A DNA stretch of 64,000 nucleotides from Mobula hypostoma (taxonomy: Eukaryota): positions 16,740,001 through 16,804,000 of the forward strand of contig NC_086108.1 in assembly GCF_963921235.1 (NCBI RefSeq). The letters run 5' to 3'. This document shows, one piece after another, positions 13,532 to 25,986 of the stretch. The notes below the pieces were generated by a model that searched no databases, had not been told where the DNA came from, and was given only the letters and a program-made list of their open reading frames with translations. A program made the position numbers and the translations under genes. Numbering within the stretch: the first letter of the stretch is position 1; each line of letters opens with the position of its first letter.

Positions 13532-14395
13532 TAAATTAAGACAGTTGTGATATGGAGAAACAACAGGGCCATGTGGTCAACTGGATGCCCTTTGAGAGGG
13601 ATAGGTTTATATTTGATGGGCCTTGTCTCCTTTTATGCGAAAGTATTCTATGAACTCGACATAGATTTTCTATGAAATTGGAAAGAGAATAGATTATCAA
13701 AATTTTCATGTTTAATACAATTAAAGGACTTCCTCTGATGCACTGAGATAAACTATTTCCTCTAAGGAACATAGCATTAAGATTTTAGCTAGGCCAGTCT
13801 GGGTGACATTAAAGAATATTTCCTTACAGAATAGGTAAGGTAAATCTGGAACTGCACTTAAAAACAATTGCAGCCATGGGTCAAAGAAAAATTTCCTAAC
13901 TGAGACTTTTCCCCTATTTTCTTGGTAATAAGGGAAATAAACCAAGGGACACATGTGGGGTTAATGCAAAGGTCCCAACTCCACACACCCACCCCCCCCC
14001 CCACCAATCTAACAGGTTTGAGGGACTGTGTGCCTAGATTTCTTCCTTCATGTTGTTAACTGGGGAACACGGGAAATAAGCAATGGATGGTTTTGAACCT
14101 GCAGTTACAGTTGTTATAGTTTCATTGCCTTAATGTCATCCTTGACTGGCAATCCGATCGACCTGATGAAAGATTAAATATTACTGTATACAATGGTTCT
14201 TTTGCAGCTTGCATGCCTAATCAAGATAATCTCTTATACTCACATTCATTACTGTCTGCTCATCATCAGAAGTAGTACACAGCCAAAAAAGGAGCATAAC
14301 TTATGCAGCTTTAAAATCACAGCTGCAACAAACGTCAATTTATTTAACAATCACAGGATATTTTATTGTCAGCAGACTTGGCGGTCTTCCCTTAC

Positions 14396-14616
14396 CTGGT
14401 AATTTTGGAGTAGGATCAGGCTGAGGTAGAACTCACTGAAGGCTAACTTCAGGTCACGAATGTTCCTATGATGCACACGTTCCTTATGGGAGAGAGGGAA
14501 CACAATCCTCCGCTGCCGCAAGTTAGAGAATGCATTGCGGTCCATCTGCACTTCAAGTGTTGACTGCAGCTCGTTCTGGAGTGTAGCAAATCTGCGCTGA
14601 GCTTCAGCAAGTTTTT
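14396..14616 (-). CDS. XPR1: XPR1 internal coding exon (equivalent to human exon 4), SPX domain
   Basis: Translates (E)[73 protein letters not shown]. Acceptor ttacAG, donor GTaagg. 221 bp, joins in frame to the 40680-40781 exon (G|AA = Glu). Confidence 0.97.
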
Positions 14617-14899
14617 CTGTAAGTCAGATAAATGATCGCATTAGCACATCACTTCTAAAATCAAGCTCTTTACTTCAGATCCCCTATTTGTGTGAACGGC
14701 AACCCTCTATTCAGACACACAGCAGCAGGAACAAGTTTGGCGAAGGTTCAAAGAAGCACTTGATCATGCCACTAGAAGAGATTTCCATTTGCACATGACA
14801 TTAAAGGAAGCCAGTGAAGCCACTGAGTTTATGCTCCCTTTTAGAGATAAACTTTCTCACCTACCTATCAACTTCACTCTGATTGACAGTTACCTGTCA

Positions 14900-15082
14900 A
14901 TTAAAGGGTAATTTACAGTGGCCAATTAATTGGCGCATCTTTGAGATGTGGAAGAAAATGGAGGACCTGCGATAAACCCACATGGTTATAGTTTGAATGA
15001 ACAAACTCTATGTGATAGCACTGAAGGACAGAATTGAAACTGGTGCGCTGGGGCTGTGAAGCGGTGCTATGCCACTGTTCTG
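14900..15082 (-). mobile_element. tRNA-derived V-SINE/HE1-like SINE, degraded
   Basis: Minus strand has a B-box-like GTTTCAATTC followed by a V-SINE-like core (GAGTTTG..TTC....CCATGTGGGTTT..CAGGT.CTCC.TTTTCTTCCACATC). Confidence 0.55.
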
Positions 15083-15379
15083 TTGGAAGGGAAGGAGAAC
15101 CTCAGGAATAGTACATTCAACAGAGATGTAGGCCTGAACAAACATTAATAGCTATGAACTCAAGAATCTTCAGGCCCTGTTGAACTTCATTCCAGTGCCT
15201 CAAAAGAATGGTCTGTCAGTGGTTGATGCATTGGTTTTAATCTTCCAAACTCCCCCAAGTTCAGCAAAATTTTCATTACACTGGAATTGTCATAATTTTT
15301 TTTGGAAATTGATGCTGCCTGACTTGCTGAGCTCCTCCAGCATTTTGTGTGTGTTGGTCTAGATTTTGCTCGTGCTGTT

Positions 15380-16228
15380 CTGGTGGTGGAGGTGGGGGGT
15401 TGAAACTAGAGTTGTATGAGGTTGGGAATCCAAGTACCAAGGCAGCCAGTGGAGTGATTGTGGGGAAAGCAGATGTTAAACCTATACACAGACAGGAACC
15501 AAAAGGTTGAGCATGGTAGGACTAACGTTCTGAGTTGCTTCTAATTCAATACAAGGAATACTATATTTAAGGCAAATAAGCTTACAACAGCATGGATCAG
15601 CATATGAAATTATGATATTGTTGCCATTAGTGAGACTTGGTTGAAGGTGGAACAGGACTGGCAGCTCAGTGTTCTGTGGTACTGTTGTTTTAGGCATGAT
15701 AGAGGAGGAGGTATTAAAGGGGGAGAAAGGGGATTACTAGTCAGGGAAATTGCCATGGCAGTGTTCAGAGTGGAGTCATTCAGATAATGCTATATGGGTG
15801 GAATTGAAGAATAATAAAGGGATGACCATGTTTGTGGAATTACATTATAAACCACACAATAGACGGATTTAGAGGACAATTCTAAGAGCTTCTGCAAATC
15901 CTTTAAGAGCAAAAGAATAGCAAGGGACAAAATTGGTCCATTTGAAGATCAGCATGGTCATCAATGGATGGAGCTGAAAAAATACTTGCTGTCTTGAGGC
16001 AAATTAGGGTGGATAAATCCCCAAGGACTCACAAGGTGTCCCCTCGGACCCTGGCAGAGGTATTTAAAACAACCTTAATCACAGATGTTGTGTCAAGAGG
16101 ACTGGAGGATAGCTAACATTGTTCTGTTGTTCAGGAAAACTCTTAAGAATAGCTGGGAAATTATAGGTTGGTGGGCCAGACATCAGTAGGAGGTAAATTA
16201 CTAGAGGTATTCTAAGGAACAGAATATA
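15380..16228 (+). mobile_element. Degraded CR1 fragments
   Basis: APE-like YDIVAISETW and DKSPR / GNYRLV remnants. Confidence 0.6.
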
Positions 16229-16549
16229 CAGTGGATTCCAGTTAATTGGGATACATTATGACCAGTACCTTATGGCCCAATTCAGCGGCTGCCCCAATTA
16301 GCTGAAGTTGCGTGGAAATAATTCAAAAGGTATACACGAAGAGTAGGGGTCCCAGAAGAAATCCCTGAGGCACACCACTGGTCACCCACCTCCAAGCAGA
16401 AAATGACCCATCTACAACCATGCTTTGTCTTCTGTGGGCAAGCCAGTTCTGATCCACAAAGCAATGTCCCCTTGGATCCCATGCCTCCTTACTTTCTTAA
16501 TAAGCCTTGCATGGGGTACCTTATCAAATGCCTTGCTGAAATCCATATA

Positions 16550-18035
16550 CAGTGGCATGCGAAAGTTTGGGCATCCCTGGTCAAAATTTCTGTTACTGTG
16601 AATAGTTAAGTGAGTAGAAGATGCACTGATCTCTAAAAGTTATAAAGTTAAAGTTGAAACATTCTTTTCAACATTTTAAGCAAGATTAGTGTATTATTTT
16701 TGTTTTGTACAATATTAGAGTGAAAAAAGGAAAGGAGCACCATACAAAAGTATGGGCACCCCAAGACATTTGAGCCCTCAGATAACTTTTACCAAGGTCT
16801 CAGACCTTAATTAGCTTGTTAGGGCTATGGCTTGTTCATAGCCATTGTTAGGAAAGACCAGGTGATGCAAATTTTAAAGCTTTATAAATACCCTGACTCC
16901 TCAAACTTTGACCCAACAATCAGCAGCCATGGGCTCCTCTATGCAGCTGCCTAGCACTCTGAAGATTAAAATAAATGATGCCCACAAAGCAGAAGGCTAT
17001 AAGAAGATAGCAAAGAGTTTTCAGGTAGCTGCTTCCTCAGTTTGTAATGACCTTCAGGAAGATTTAACAGACTCTGGAGTGCTGGTGCACTGTTCTACTG
17101 TGCAGTGACACCTGCACAAATATGACCTTCACAGAAGAGTCATCAGAAGAAAACCTTTCTTGCGTCCTCACCACAAAATTCAGCGACAGAAGTTTGCAAA
17201 GGAACATCTAAACAAGCCTGATGCATTTTGGAAACAAGTTCTGTGGACTGATGAAGTTAAAATAGAACTTTTTGGCCACAATGAGCAAAAGTATGTTTGG
17301 AGAAAAAAGGGTGCAGAATTTCATGAAAAGAACACGTCTCCATCTGTTAAGGATGGGGGTAGATCGATTATGCTTTGGGTTTGTGTTGCAGCTAGTGGCA
17401 TGGGGAACATTTCACTGGTAGAGGGAAGAATGAATTCAATTAAATACCAGCAAATTCTGGAAGCAAACATTACACCGTCTGTAAAAGAGCTGAAGATGAA
17501 AAGAGGATGGTTCTACAACAGGATAATGATCCTAAACACACCTCAAAATCCACAATGGACTACTTCACGAGGTGCAAGCTGAAGGTTTTGCTATGGACCT
17601 CACAGTCCCCCAACCAAAACTTCATTGAAAATCTGTGGATAGACCTCAAAAGAGCAGTACATGCAAGACGGCCCAAGAATCTCACAGAACTAGAAGCCTT
17701 TTGCAAGGAAGAATGGGTGAAAATCCACCAAACAAGAATTGAAAGACTCTTAGCTGGCTACAGGAAGCGTTTACAAGCTGTGATACTTGCCAATGGGGGT
17801 GTTACTAAGTACTGACCATGCAGGGTGCCCAAACTTTTGCTTCAGGCCCTTTTCCTTTTTTGTTATTTTGAAACTGTAAAAGATGGAAATAAAAAAGTAA
17901 TCTTGCTTGAAATATTAAAGAAATGTGTCATCTTTAACTTTATGCCTATTGAAAATCAGGTCATCTTTTACTCGCTTAGCTATTGACAGTAACAGAAATT
18001 TTGACCAGTGATGCCCAAACTTTTGCATGCCACTG
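16550..18035 (+). mobile_element. Tc1-family DNA transposon, internally deleted and frameshifted
   Basis: TA-flanked TIRs CAGTGGCATGCGAAAGTTTGGGCATC / GATGCCCAAACTTTTGCATGCCACTG. DDE motifs VLWTDEVKIELFG, LQQDNDPKH, IENLWIDLKRAV. Confidence 0.94.
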
Positions 18036-18096
18036 TACACTACGTTTACTGCTCTACCTTCATCAATGTGTTTAGTCACATCCTCAAAAAATTCAA

Positions 18097-20087
18097 CACT
18101 CACAACACGCTGGAGAAACTCAGCAAGTCGGGCAGCATCCGTGGAAACGATGAGTCGACGTTTCCGGCCGGAACCCTTCATCAGGACTGAAGAGGGAAAG
18201 GGCAGAGGCCCTATAAAGAAGGTGGGGGAGGGTTGGAAGTAGAAGGCTGGTAGATTCAGTTGAAAAACCAGCAATTTGAAAGACAAAGGGGTGGGGGAGG
18301 GGAAGTAGGGAGGTGATAGGCAGCTGGGGGAGGGGGCAGAGTGAAATAGGGATAGAGGAAGGGAGGGGGAGGGAATTACCGGAAGTTGGAGAATTCTAAG
18401 GTCATACCAAGGGGCTGGAGATTATCTGCACGGTTTATGAGGTGTTGCTCCTCCAACCTGAGTTTAGCCTCATCATGGCAGTAGAGGAGGCCATGTATGG
18501 ACATATCTGAATGGGAATGGGAAGCAGAGTTGAAGTGGGTGGCTACCGGGAGATCCTGTCTGTTGTGGCGGATGGAGCGGAGGTGCTCGACGAAGCGGTC
18601 CCCCAATTTGCGTCGGGTTTCACCGATGTAGAGGAGGCCGCACTGGGAGCACCGGATGCAATAGATGACCCCAACAGACTCACAAGTGAAGTGTTGCCTC
18701 ACCTGGAAGGACTGTTTGGGGCCCTGAATGGTGGCAAGAGAGGAGGTGTAGGGACAGGTGTAGCACTTACGCTTACAGGGATAAGTGCTGGGTGGGAGAT
18801 CCGTGGGGAGGGATGTGTGGATAAGGGAGTCGCGGAGGGACGTGTGGATAAGGGAGTCACGGAGGGACCGATCCCTGCGGAAAGCAGAGAGGGGTGGAGA
18901 GGGAAAGATGTGCTTATGTGCTTAGTGGTGGGGTCCTGTTGAAGGCGGCGGAAGTTGCGGAGGATAATGTGCTGGATCCGGGGGCTGGTGGAGCGGTAGG
19001 TGAGGACAAGGGGAACTCTGTCCCTGTTGTGGTGGCGGGAGGATAGGGTGAAGGCCGAAGTGCAGGAAATGGAGGCTATGCGGGTGAGGGCATCATTGAT
19101 GACAGCAGAAGGGAAACCACGATCCTAAAGAAAGAGGACATTTGAAATGTCCTGGAACGGAAAGTCTCATCCTGGGAGCAGATGCGGTGGAGACAGAGGA
19201 ACTTGGAATAGCGAATGGCATTTTTGCATGTGGCGGGGTGGGAAGAGGTATAGTCGAGGTAGTTATGAGAGTCAGTGGGCTTGTAGAAGACGTCAGCGGA
19301 CAGTCTGTCTCCAGAGATGGAGACCGAGAAATCGAGAAAGGGGAGAGAGGTGTCCGCGATAGACCAAGTGAATTTGAGGGCTGGGTGGAAGTTTGAAGTA
19401 AAGTCGATGAAATTGACGAGCTCAGCATGGATGCAGGAAGCAGCACCAATGTAGTCGTCAATGTACCGAAGGAAAATTTGGGGAGCAGTACCAGAATAGG
19501 TTTGGAGCACAGACTGTTCCACATAACCAACAAAGAGGCAGGCATAGCTGGGGCCCATGCGAGTTCCCATAGCTACACCCTTAGTCTGAAGAAAGTGGAA
19601 AGAGCCAAAAGAGAAGTTATTAAGTGTGAGAACCAGTTCCGCCAACGGGAGGAGGGTAGTGGTGGTGGGGAACTGGTGAGGTCTATTATCCAGGAAGTAG
19701 CAGAGGGCTCTGAGGCCTTCTTGATGGGGAATGGAGATGTATAAGGATTGTACATCCATAGTAAAAATGAAGCCGGGGAACTGGAAGTTATTGAAGAGGT
19801 GGAGGGCATGGGATGTATCCTGGATGTAGGTGGGGAGGGACTGAACTATGGGTGACGAAATGGAGTCCAGGTAGGCAGATACAAGTTCGGTGGGACAGGA
19901 GCAGCAGGAACTATGGGTCTACCTGGACAGTCAAGCTTGTGTATCTTGGGGAGGAGGTAAAACCGAGCGGCACGAGCTTAGTGGCTGAGGATGGTTATGG
20001 TGCGGGAAACAATGGTCTGATGTTTTTGGTGGGGTCCTGTTCCAGGGGTAAGTTACTGATCCCAGCATCTGCAGATTATTTTGTGTT
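18097..20087 (-). mobile_element. Penelope-like element (second subfamily), RT + GIY-YIG, with inverted terminal tail
   Basis: ORF 19076-19759 MDVQSLY..GVAMGTRMGPSYA..RYIDD. ORF 18376-18702 GVIYCIRCSQCGLLYIGET. TSD CTCAAAAAATTCAA at 18083-18096 and 20088-20101. Confidence 0.93.
18153..18188 (-). ncRNA. Minimal type I hammerhead ribozyme motif (PLE pLTR)
   Basis: AGUC-CUGAUGA-AGGGUUCCGGCCG-GAAA-CG-UC^GACU. Core intact, stem II weakened. Confidence 0.7.
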
Positions 20088-23000
20088 CTCAAAAAATTCA
20101 ATTCAGGCTCGTAAGGCACAACCTGTCTTTTACAAAGCCATGCCACCTAATCCTAATCATATTATGCCTCTCCAAATGTTCATAAATCCTGCCTCTCAGG
20201 ATCTTATCCATCAACTTACCAACCACTGAAGTACGACTCACTGGTCTCTAATTTCCGAGGCTACCTCTATTCCCTTTCTTGAATAATGGAACAACATCCG
20301 CAACCCTCCAATCTTCCGTAACCTCTCCCGTTCCCATTGATAATGCAAAGATCATTTCCAGAGGCTCAGCAATCTCCTCCCTTGCCTCCCACAGTAGCCT
20401 GGGGTACATCTTGTCTGGTCCTCGTGACTTATCCAACTTGATGCTTTCCAAAAGCTCCAGCACATCCTCTTCCTTAATACCGACATGCTCAAGCTTTTCA
20501 GTCCGCTGTGCATCATCCCTAAAATTGCCCAGATCCTTTTCTGTAGTGAATACTGAAGCAAAGTATTCATTAAGTACCTCTGCTAGCTCCTCCGGTTCGA
20601 TAAACACTTTTCCACTGTCACACTTGATTGGTCCTATTCTCTCATGTTTTATCCTCTTGCTCTTCACATACTTGTAGAATACCTTGGGGTTTTCCTTAAT
20701 TCTGCTTGCCAAGTCTTTCTCATGGCCTCTTCTGGCTCTCCTAATTTCATTCTTTCATTCCTTCCTGCTAGCCTTATAATTTTCTAGATGTCTATCACTA
20801 CCTAGTTTTTTGAACCTTTTGTAAGCTCTTTTCTTCTTGACAAGATTTACAACAGCCTTTGTACACCATAATTCCTGTACCCTACTATCCTTTCCCTGTT
20901 TCACTGGAACATACCTATGCAGAACTCCATGCAAATGTCCCCTGAACATTTGCCACATTTCTTCCGTACATTTCTCTGAGAACATCTGTTTCCAATTTAT
21001 GCTTCCAACTTCCTGCCTGATAACCTCATATTTCCCCTTACTCCAATTAAACGCTTTCCTAACTTGCCTGGTCCTCTCCCTCTCCAATACTATGGTAAAG
21101 GAGATAGAATTGTGATTACTGAGTGATCTGACACCTGACCAGGTTCATTTCCCAATACCAGATCAAGTACATCCTCACCTCTTGTAGGCTTATCTGCATA
21201 TTGTGTCAAGAAACCTTCCTGAACACACCTAACAAACTCCACCCCATCTAAACCCCTTGCTCTAGGGAGATGCCAATCAATATTTGGGAAATTAAAATCT
21301 CCCACCACACCACGACAACCCTGTTATTATTACACCTTTCCAGAATCTGTCTCCCAGTATGCTCTTCGATGTCCCTGTTACTATTGGGTGGTCTATAAAA
21401 AAACACCCAGTAGAGTTACTCACCCCTTCCACTTCCACCCACAGAGACTCCGTAGACAATCCCTCCATGATGTCCACCTTTTCTGCAGCCATGACACTAT
21501 CTCTGATCAACAGTGCCACGCCCCCACCTCTTTTGCCTCCCTCCCTGTCCTTTCTGAAACATCGAAAGCCTGGCACTTGAAGTAACCATTCCTGTCCCTG
21601 AACCATCCAAGTCTCTGTAATGGCCACAACATCATAGCTCCAAGTACTGCCTTCTATTGGTTAACCAATCCACTATCCATGCCAATACAATCCTCCAACT
21701 CCATGTATCCGTATCTTATTTAAGTCTCTTGTGCGGCACCTTATCGAACACCTTCTGGAAGTATACAACATCCACCTGTTCCCCTCTATCCACAGCACTC
21801 ATTATGTCCTCAAAAAACTCCAGTAAGTTTGTCAAACAGGACCTGCCCTTTCTGAATCCATGCTGCGTCTGTCTCATGGAACCACTCCTTTCTAAAAGTT
21901 TCGCTATTTCTTCCTTTATGACAGCTTGAAGCATTAAATCTACAAGAGTGGACTGAAAATCCATATAGATAAGTTCATTAACTTGCAGCATTTGATGGCT
22001 AGGAGAATATTCTTAGCACAAAGAATTGAAAATGAGCAGCTACAGATTTCTGGTGTTAACACTGATAACCAACGTGTATTAGTCTGACTGGTTGCATATT
22101 ACCAAATATCAGCAGAATACTAATGCTGGAACCAGCAGTTCAACAATTGATATTTAGACCCACTTAGGAAGAACAGCCAATGTAAGAGTCAGCAAGCTGT
22201 AGAGGCACAGACTACACTTGCAAAGAAAGCAGACTTCCTACAAGGGAAGTTAATAGGACTAAATACTGGAAGTAACATTATCTGAAGTAACTGAATTAAT
22301 TCAAAAGGCACACTATACATTCACTGCACTATACATTTTTACAACTCATTTTTAAACACCTGTACAAAGAATATTTTACTTCAATTGTCAATGGTTCAGA
22401 TTATTTCTACTGATGTTATTTTCAGCAAATTTCAAAGTTCCTCAGAGCCAGTTTTATCCAACCCAATATTACCTGGGAATGAAATTAGAAATATTTCCTT
22501 TTGAATTTTATTCCACTTTAGACTATTAAAGAAGAGAACATTATACCTGAGAGCAAAAACCACTTACATAACAATGATAGAAAGCAATAGTTCAGTGCTT
22601 ATCTAGTGGTATAGTGGTATCAGTCTCAGATACAATGTTAGATCTGCTTCATTAATCGATTTTATCCTAAGTGTCAGCAGGCAATACCATTGGCTTAAAC
22701 TCCATTTTTCAAAAGGGAGGCATAAAATTTGTCAGTATTTTCACTTAAGATGCATATCCAGTGGCCCATTGTTGTAAATGAGTATTGGCATCAGAAATGC
22801 TATCCTGACTCTAGAATCCTCCTTTTTTAATGCAACCTTGAAGGAAGCTTGAAGATATTCAACCAAGTGAATGTAAAAGATCAGCATGCACTTCTGGCCA
22901 AATGTTACCACTCAGCATTCACCAATTCAATAGACATTCCATTGCTGTTCATGTGTACAAACTGGCTGCTACTCAGTAAAGGTGACTGGACTCTAAAAGT

Positions 23001-23782
23001 TCCCTTGATTTCACGTTTCTCCTTTGTGAGGTTGATGAACAAATGCTTCCAGCCTCAGACACATGCCACCACTGGCAAAGGAGTAACATGTACAAACATG
23101 TCATATAAACCTACTGACCTGGGTAGCATTTGAAAATCATCTGATTTAATTTTTTTACCAGAAGAGCCAATCCAACCCCTCTGCCCCCTATAATCCAGTT
23201 ATGACCTACTGAAGGCTACCTTAAGAGCGAATAAAAAACTATTCCAACTGAAGTTACAGATGGAATGGGATGCATGCCAGCTCTGGCAGGGTTTGCAGGT
23301 CGTTACTTTGTACAATACAAAACCTAACAACATGAATGGATTCACTCTCAGATGAGCTCAACACCTTTTATGCATGCTTTGAAAGGGAGAATAAAACTAA
23401 CCAATGAAAATCCCTGCAGCATCGGTTGGCCCTGTGATCTCAGTCTTGGAGGTTGATATCAGAACATCTTTCAAGAGGATGAACTCTCTCTGAAGTCAGG
23501 CCCTTTAATCTCCCATTGTGGCAGTGGGAGGCTTCCATCTGCTTCAAAAGGGCAACAATCATACCAGTGCCAAAAGAGAGCAACGATTATTGTCAAGTTG
23601 CACTTACATCTAATGTGATGAAATGCTTTGAGGGGTTGGTCATGGCCAGAATCAAATTCTGCCTAAGCAAGTACCTGAACCTGCTGTGATTTGCCAAGGC
23701 CACAATAGGTTAACAGAGGATACAATTTCATGGGCTCTCTACTTGGCTTTGGATCACCTGGACAATAACAACATCTACATCA

Positions 23783-25675
23783 ACCGTCTCGACTTCACCG
23801 CACCTTGTCCCCATTCACCTCACTCCTTCGGAACGCTCTGCTCTCCACTCCCTCCGCACTAATCCTAACCTTATTATTAAACCCGCTGATAAGGGGGGGT
23901 GCTGTTGTAGTCTGGCGTACTGACCTCTACCTTGCCGAGGCGCAGCGACAACTCGCGGATACCTCCTCTTATTTACCCCTTGATCGTGACCCCACTAAGG
24001 AGCACCAGGCCACTGTCTCCCACATTATCACCGACTTTATCCGCTCAGGGGATCTCCCATCCACTGCTACCAACCTTATAGTTCCCACACCCCGCACTTC
24101 CCGTTTCTACCTCCTACCCAAGATCCACAAACCTGCCTGTCCTGGCCGACCTATTGTCTCAGCTTGCTCCTGCCCCACCGAACTCGTTTCTGCATACCTC
24201 GACACTGTTTTATCACCCCTTGTTCAATCCCTTCCGACCTATGTCGTGACACTTCTCACGCTCTTAAACTTTTCGATGATTTTAAGTTCCCTGGCCCCCA
24301 CCGCTTTATTTTCACCATGGATGTCCAGTCCTTATATACTTCCATCCCCCATCAGGAAGGTCTCAAAGCTCTACGCTTCTTTTTGGATTCCAGACCTAAT
24401 CAGTTCCCCTCTACCACCACTCTGCTCCGTCTAGCAGAATTAGTCCTTACTCTTAATAATTTCTCCTTTTGCTCCTCCCATTTCCTCCAAACTAAAGGTG
24501 TAGCTATGGGCACCCGTATGGGTCCTAGCTATGCCTGCCTTTTTGTTGGGTTTGTGGAACAATCTATGTTCCGTGCCTATTCTGGTATCTGTCCCCCACT
24601 TTTCCTTCGCTACATCGACGACTGCATTGGCGCTGCTTCCTGCACGCATGCAGAACTCATTGACTTTATTAACTTTGCCTCCAACTTTCACCCTGCCCTC
24701 AAGTTTACCTGGTCCATTTCCGACACCTCCCTCCCCTTTCTAGATCTTTCTGTCTCTGTCTCTGGAGACAGTTTATCCACTGATGTCTACTATAAGCCTA
24801 CTGACTCTCACAGCTATCTGGACTATTCCTCTTCTCACCCTGTCTCTTGCAAAAACGCCATCCCCTTCTCGCAATTCCTCCGTCTCCGCCGCATCTGCTC
24901 TCAGGATGAGGCTTTTCATTCTAGGACGAGGGAGATGTCTTCATTTTTTAAAGAAAGGGGCTTCCCTTCCTCCACTATCAACTCTGCTCTTAAACGCATC
25001 TCCCCCATTTCACGTACATCTGCTCTCACTCCATCCTCCCACCACCCCACTAGGAATAGGGTTCCCCTGGTCCTCACCTACCACCCCACCAGCCTCCGGG
25101 TCCAACATATTATTCTCCGTAACTTCCGCCACCTCCAAGGGGATCCCACCACGAAGCACATCTTTCCCTCCCCCCCCCCTGCATTCCGCAGGGATCGCTC
25201 CCTACACAACTCCCTTGTCCATTCGTCCCCCCCATCCCTCCCCACTGATCTCCCTCCTGGCACTTATCCGTGTAAGCGGAACAAGTGCTACACATGCCCT
25301 TACACTTCCTCCCTTACCACCATTCAGGGCCCCAAACAGTCCTTCCAGGTGAGGCATCACTTCACCTGTGAGTCGACTGGGGTGATATACTGCGTCCGGT
25401 GCTCCCGATGTGGCCTTTTGTATATTGGTGAGACCCGACGCAGACTGGGAGACCGCTTTGCTGAACATCTACGCTCTGTCCGCCAGAGAAAGCAGGATCT
25501 CCCAATGGCCACACATTTTAATTCCACATCCCATTCCCATTCTGACATGTCTATCCACGGCCTCCTCTACTGTAAAGATGAAGCCACACTCAGGTTGGAG
25601 GAACAATACCTTATATTCCGTCTGGGTAGCCTCCAACCTGATGGCATGAACATCGACTTCTCTAACTTCCGCTAA
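23783..25675 (+). pseudogene. PLE RT/GIY-YIG ORF with two frameshifts (G-run about 23895; about 24244)
   Basis: Homology moves from ORF 23805..24434 (to ..SLPTYV) into ORF 24164..25675 (RDTSHAL..NIDFSNFR*). The downstream ~475 codons are open. Confidence 0.9.
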
Positions 25676-25950
25676 GGCCCCACCTCCCCCTCGTACCCCA
25701 TCTGTTACTCATTTTTATGCACACATTCTTTCTCTCACTCTCCTTTTTCTCCCTCTGTCCCTCTGAATATACCTCTTGCCCATCCTCTGGGTCACCCCCC
25801 CCTCCTGTCTCATGATCCTCTCGTATCCCCTTTTGCCTATCACCTGTCCAGCTCTCGGCTCTATCCCTCCCCCTCCTGTCTTCTCCTATCATTTTGCATC
25901 TCCCCCTCCCCCTCCAGCTTTCAAATCCCTTACTCACTCTTCCTTCAGTT

Positions 25951-25986
25951 AGTCCTGACGAAGGGTCTCGGCCTGAAACGTCGACT
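25951..25986 (+). ncRNA. Minimal type I hammerhead ribozyme (PLE pLTR)
   Basis: Stem I AGUC/GACU, core CUGACGA, stem II (A)GGGU-CUCG-GCCU, then GAAA-CG-UC with palindromic ACGU. Predicted cleavage after C25982. Confidence 0.85.

Larger units (their letters stand above)
16345..21935 (-). mobile_element. CR1 LINE (APE to RT) hosting nested Tc1 and PLE insertions; second CR1 fragment at about 21650-21935
   Basis: ORF pieces MAITETW..GGGVALL, GDFNFPNIDW..LDLVLGNE, KENPKVFYKY..LNEYFASVF. The host sequence rejoins across both insertions. Confidence 0.9.

Noticed and set aside
16229..16330. Tigger/pogo-like MITE (TACAGTGGATTCCAGTTAATTGGG)
   Set aside because: Only one terminus is visible and there is no matching right TIR, so it is not called as an element.
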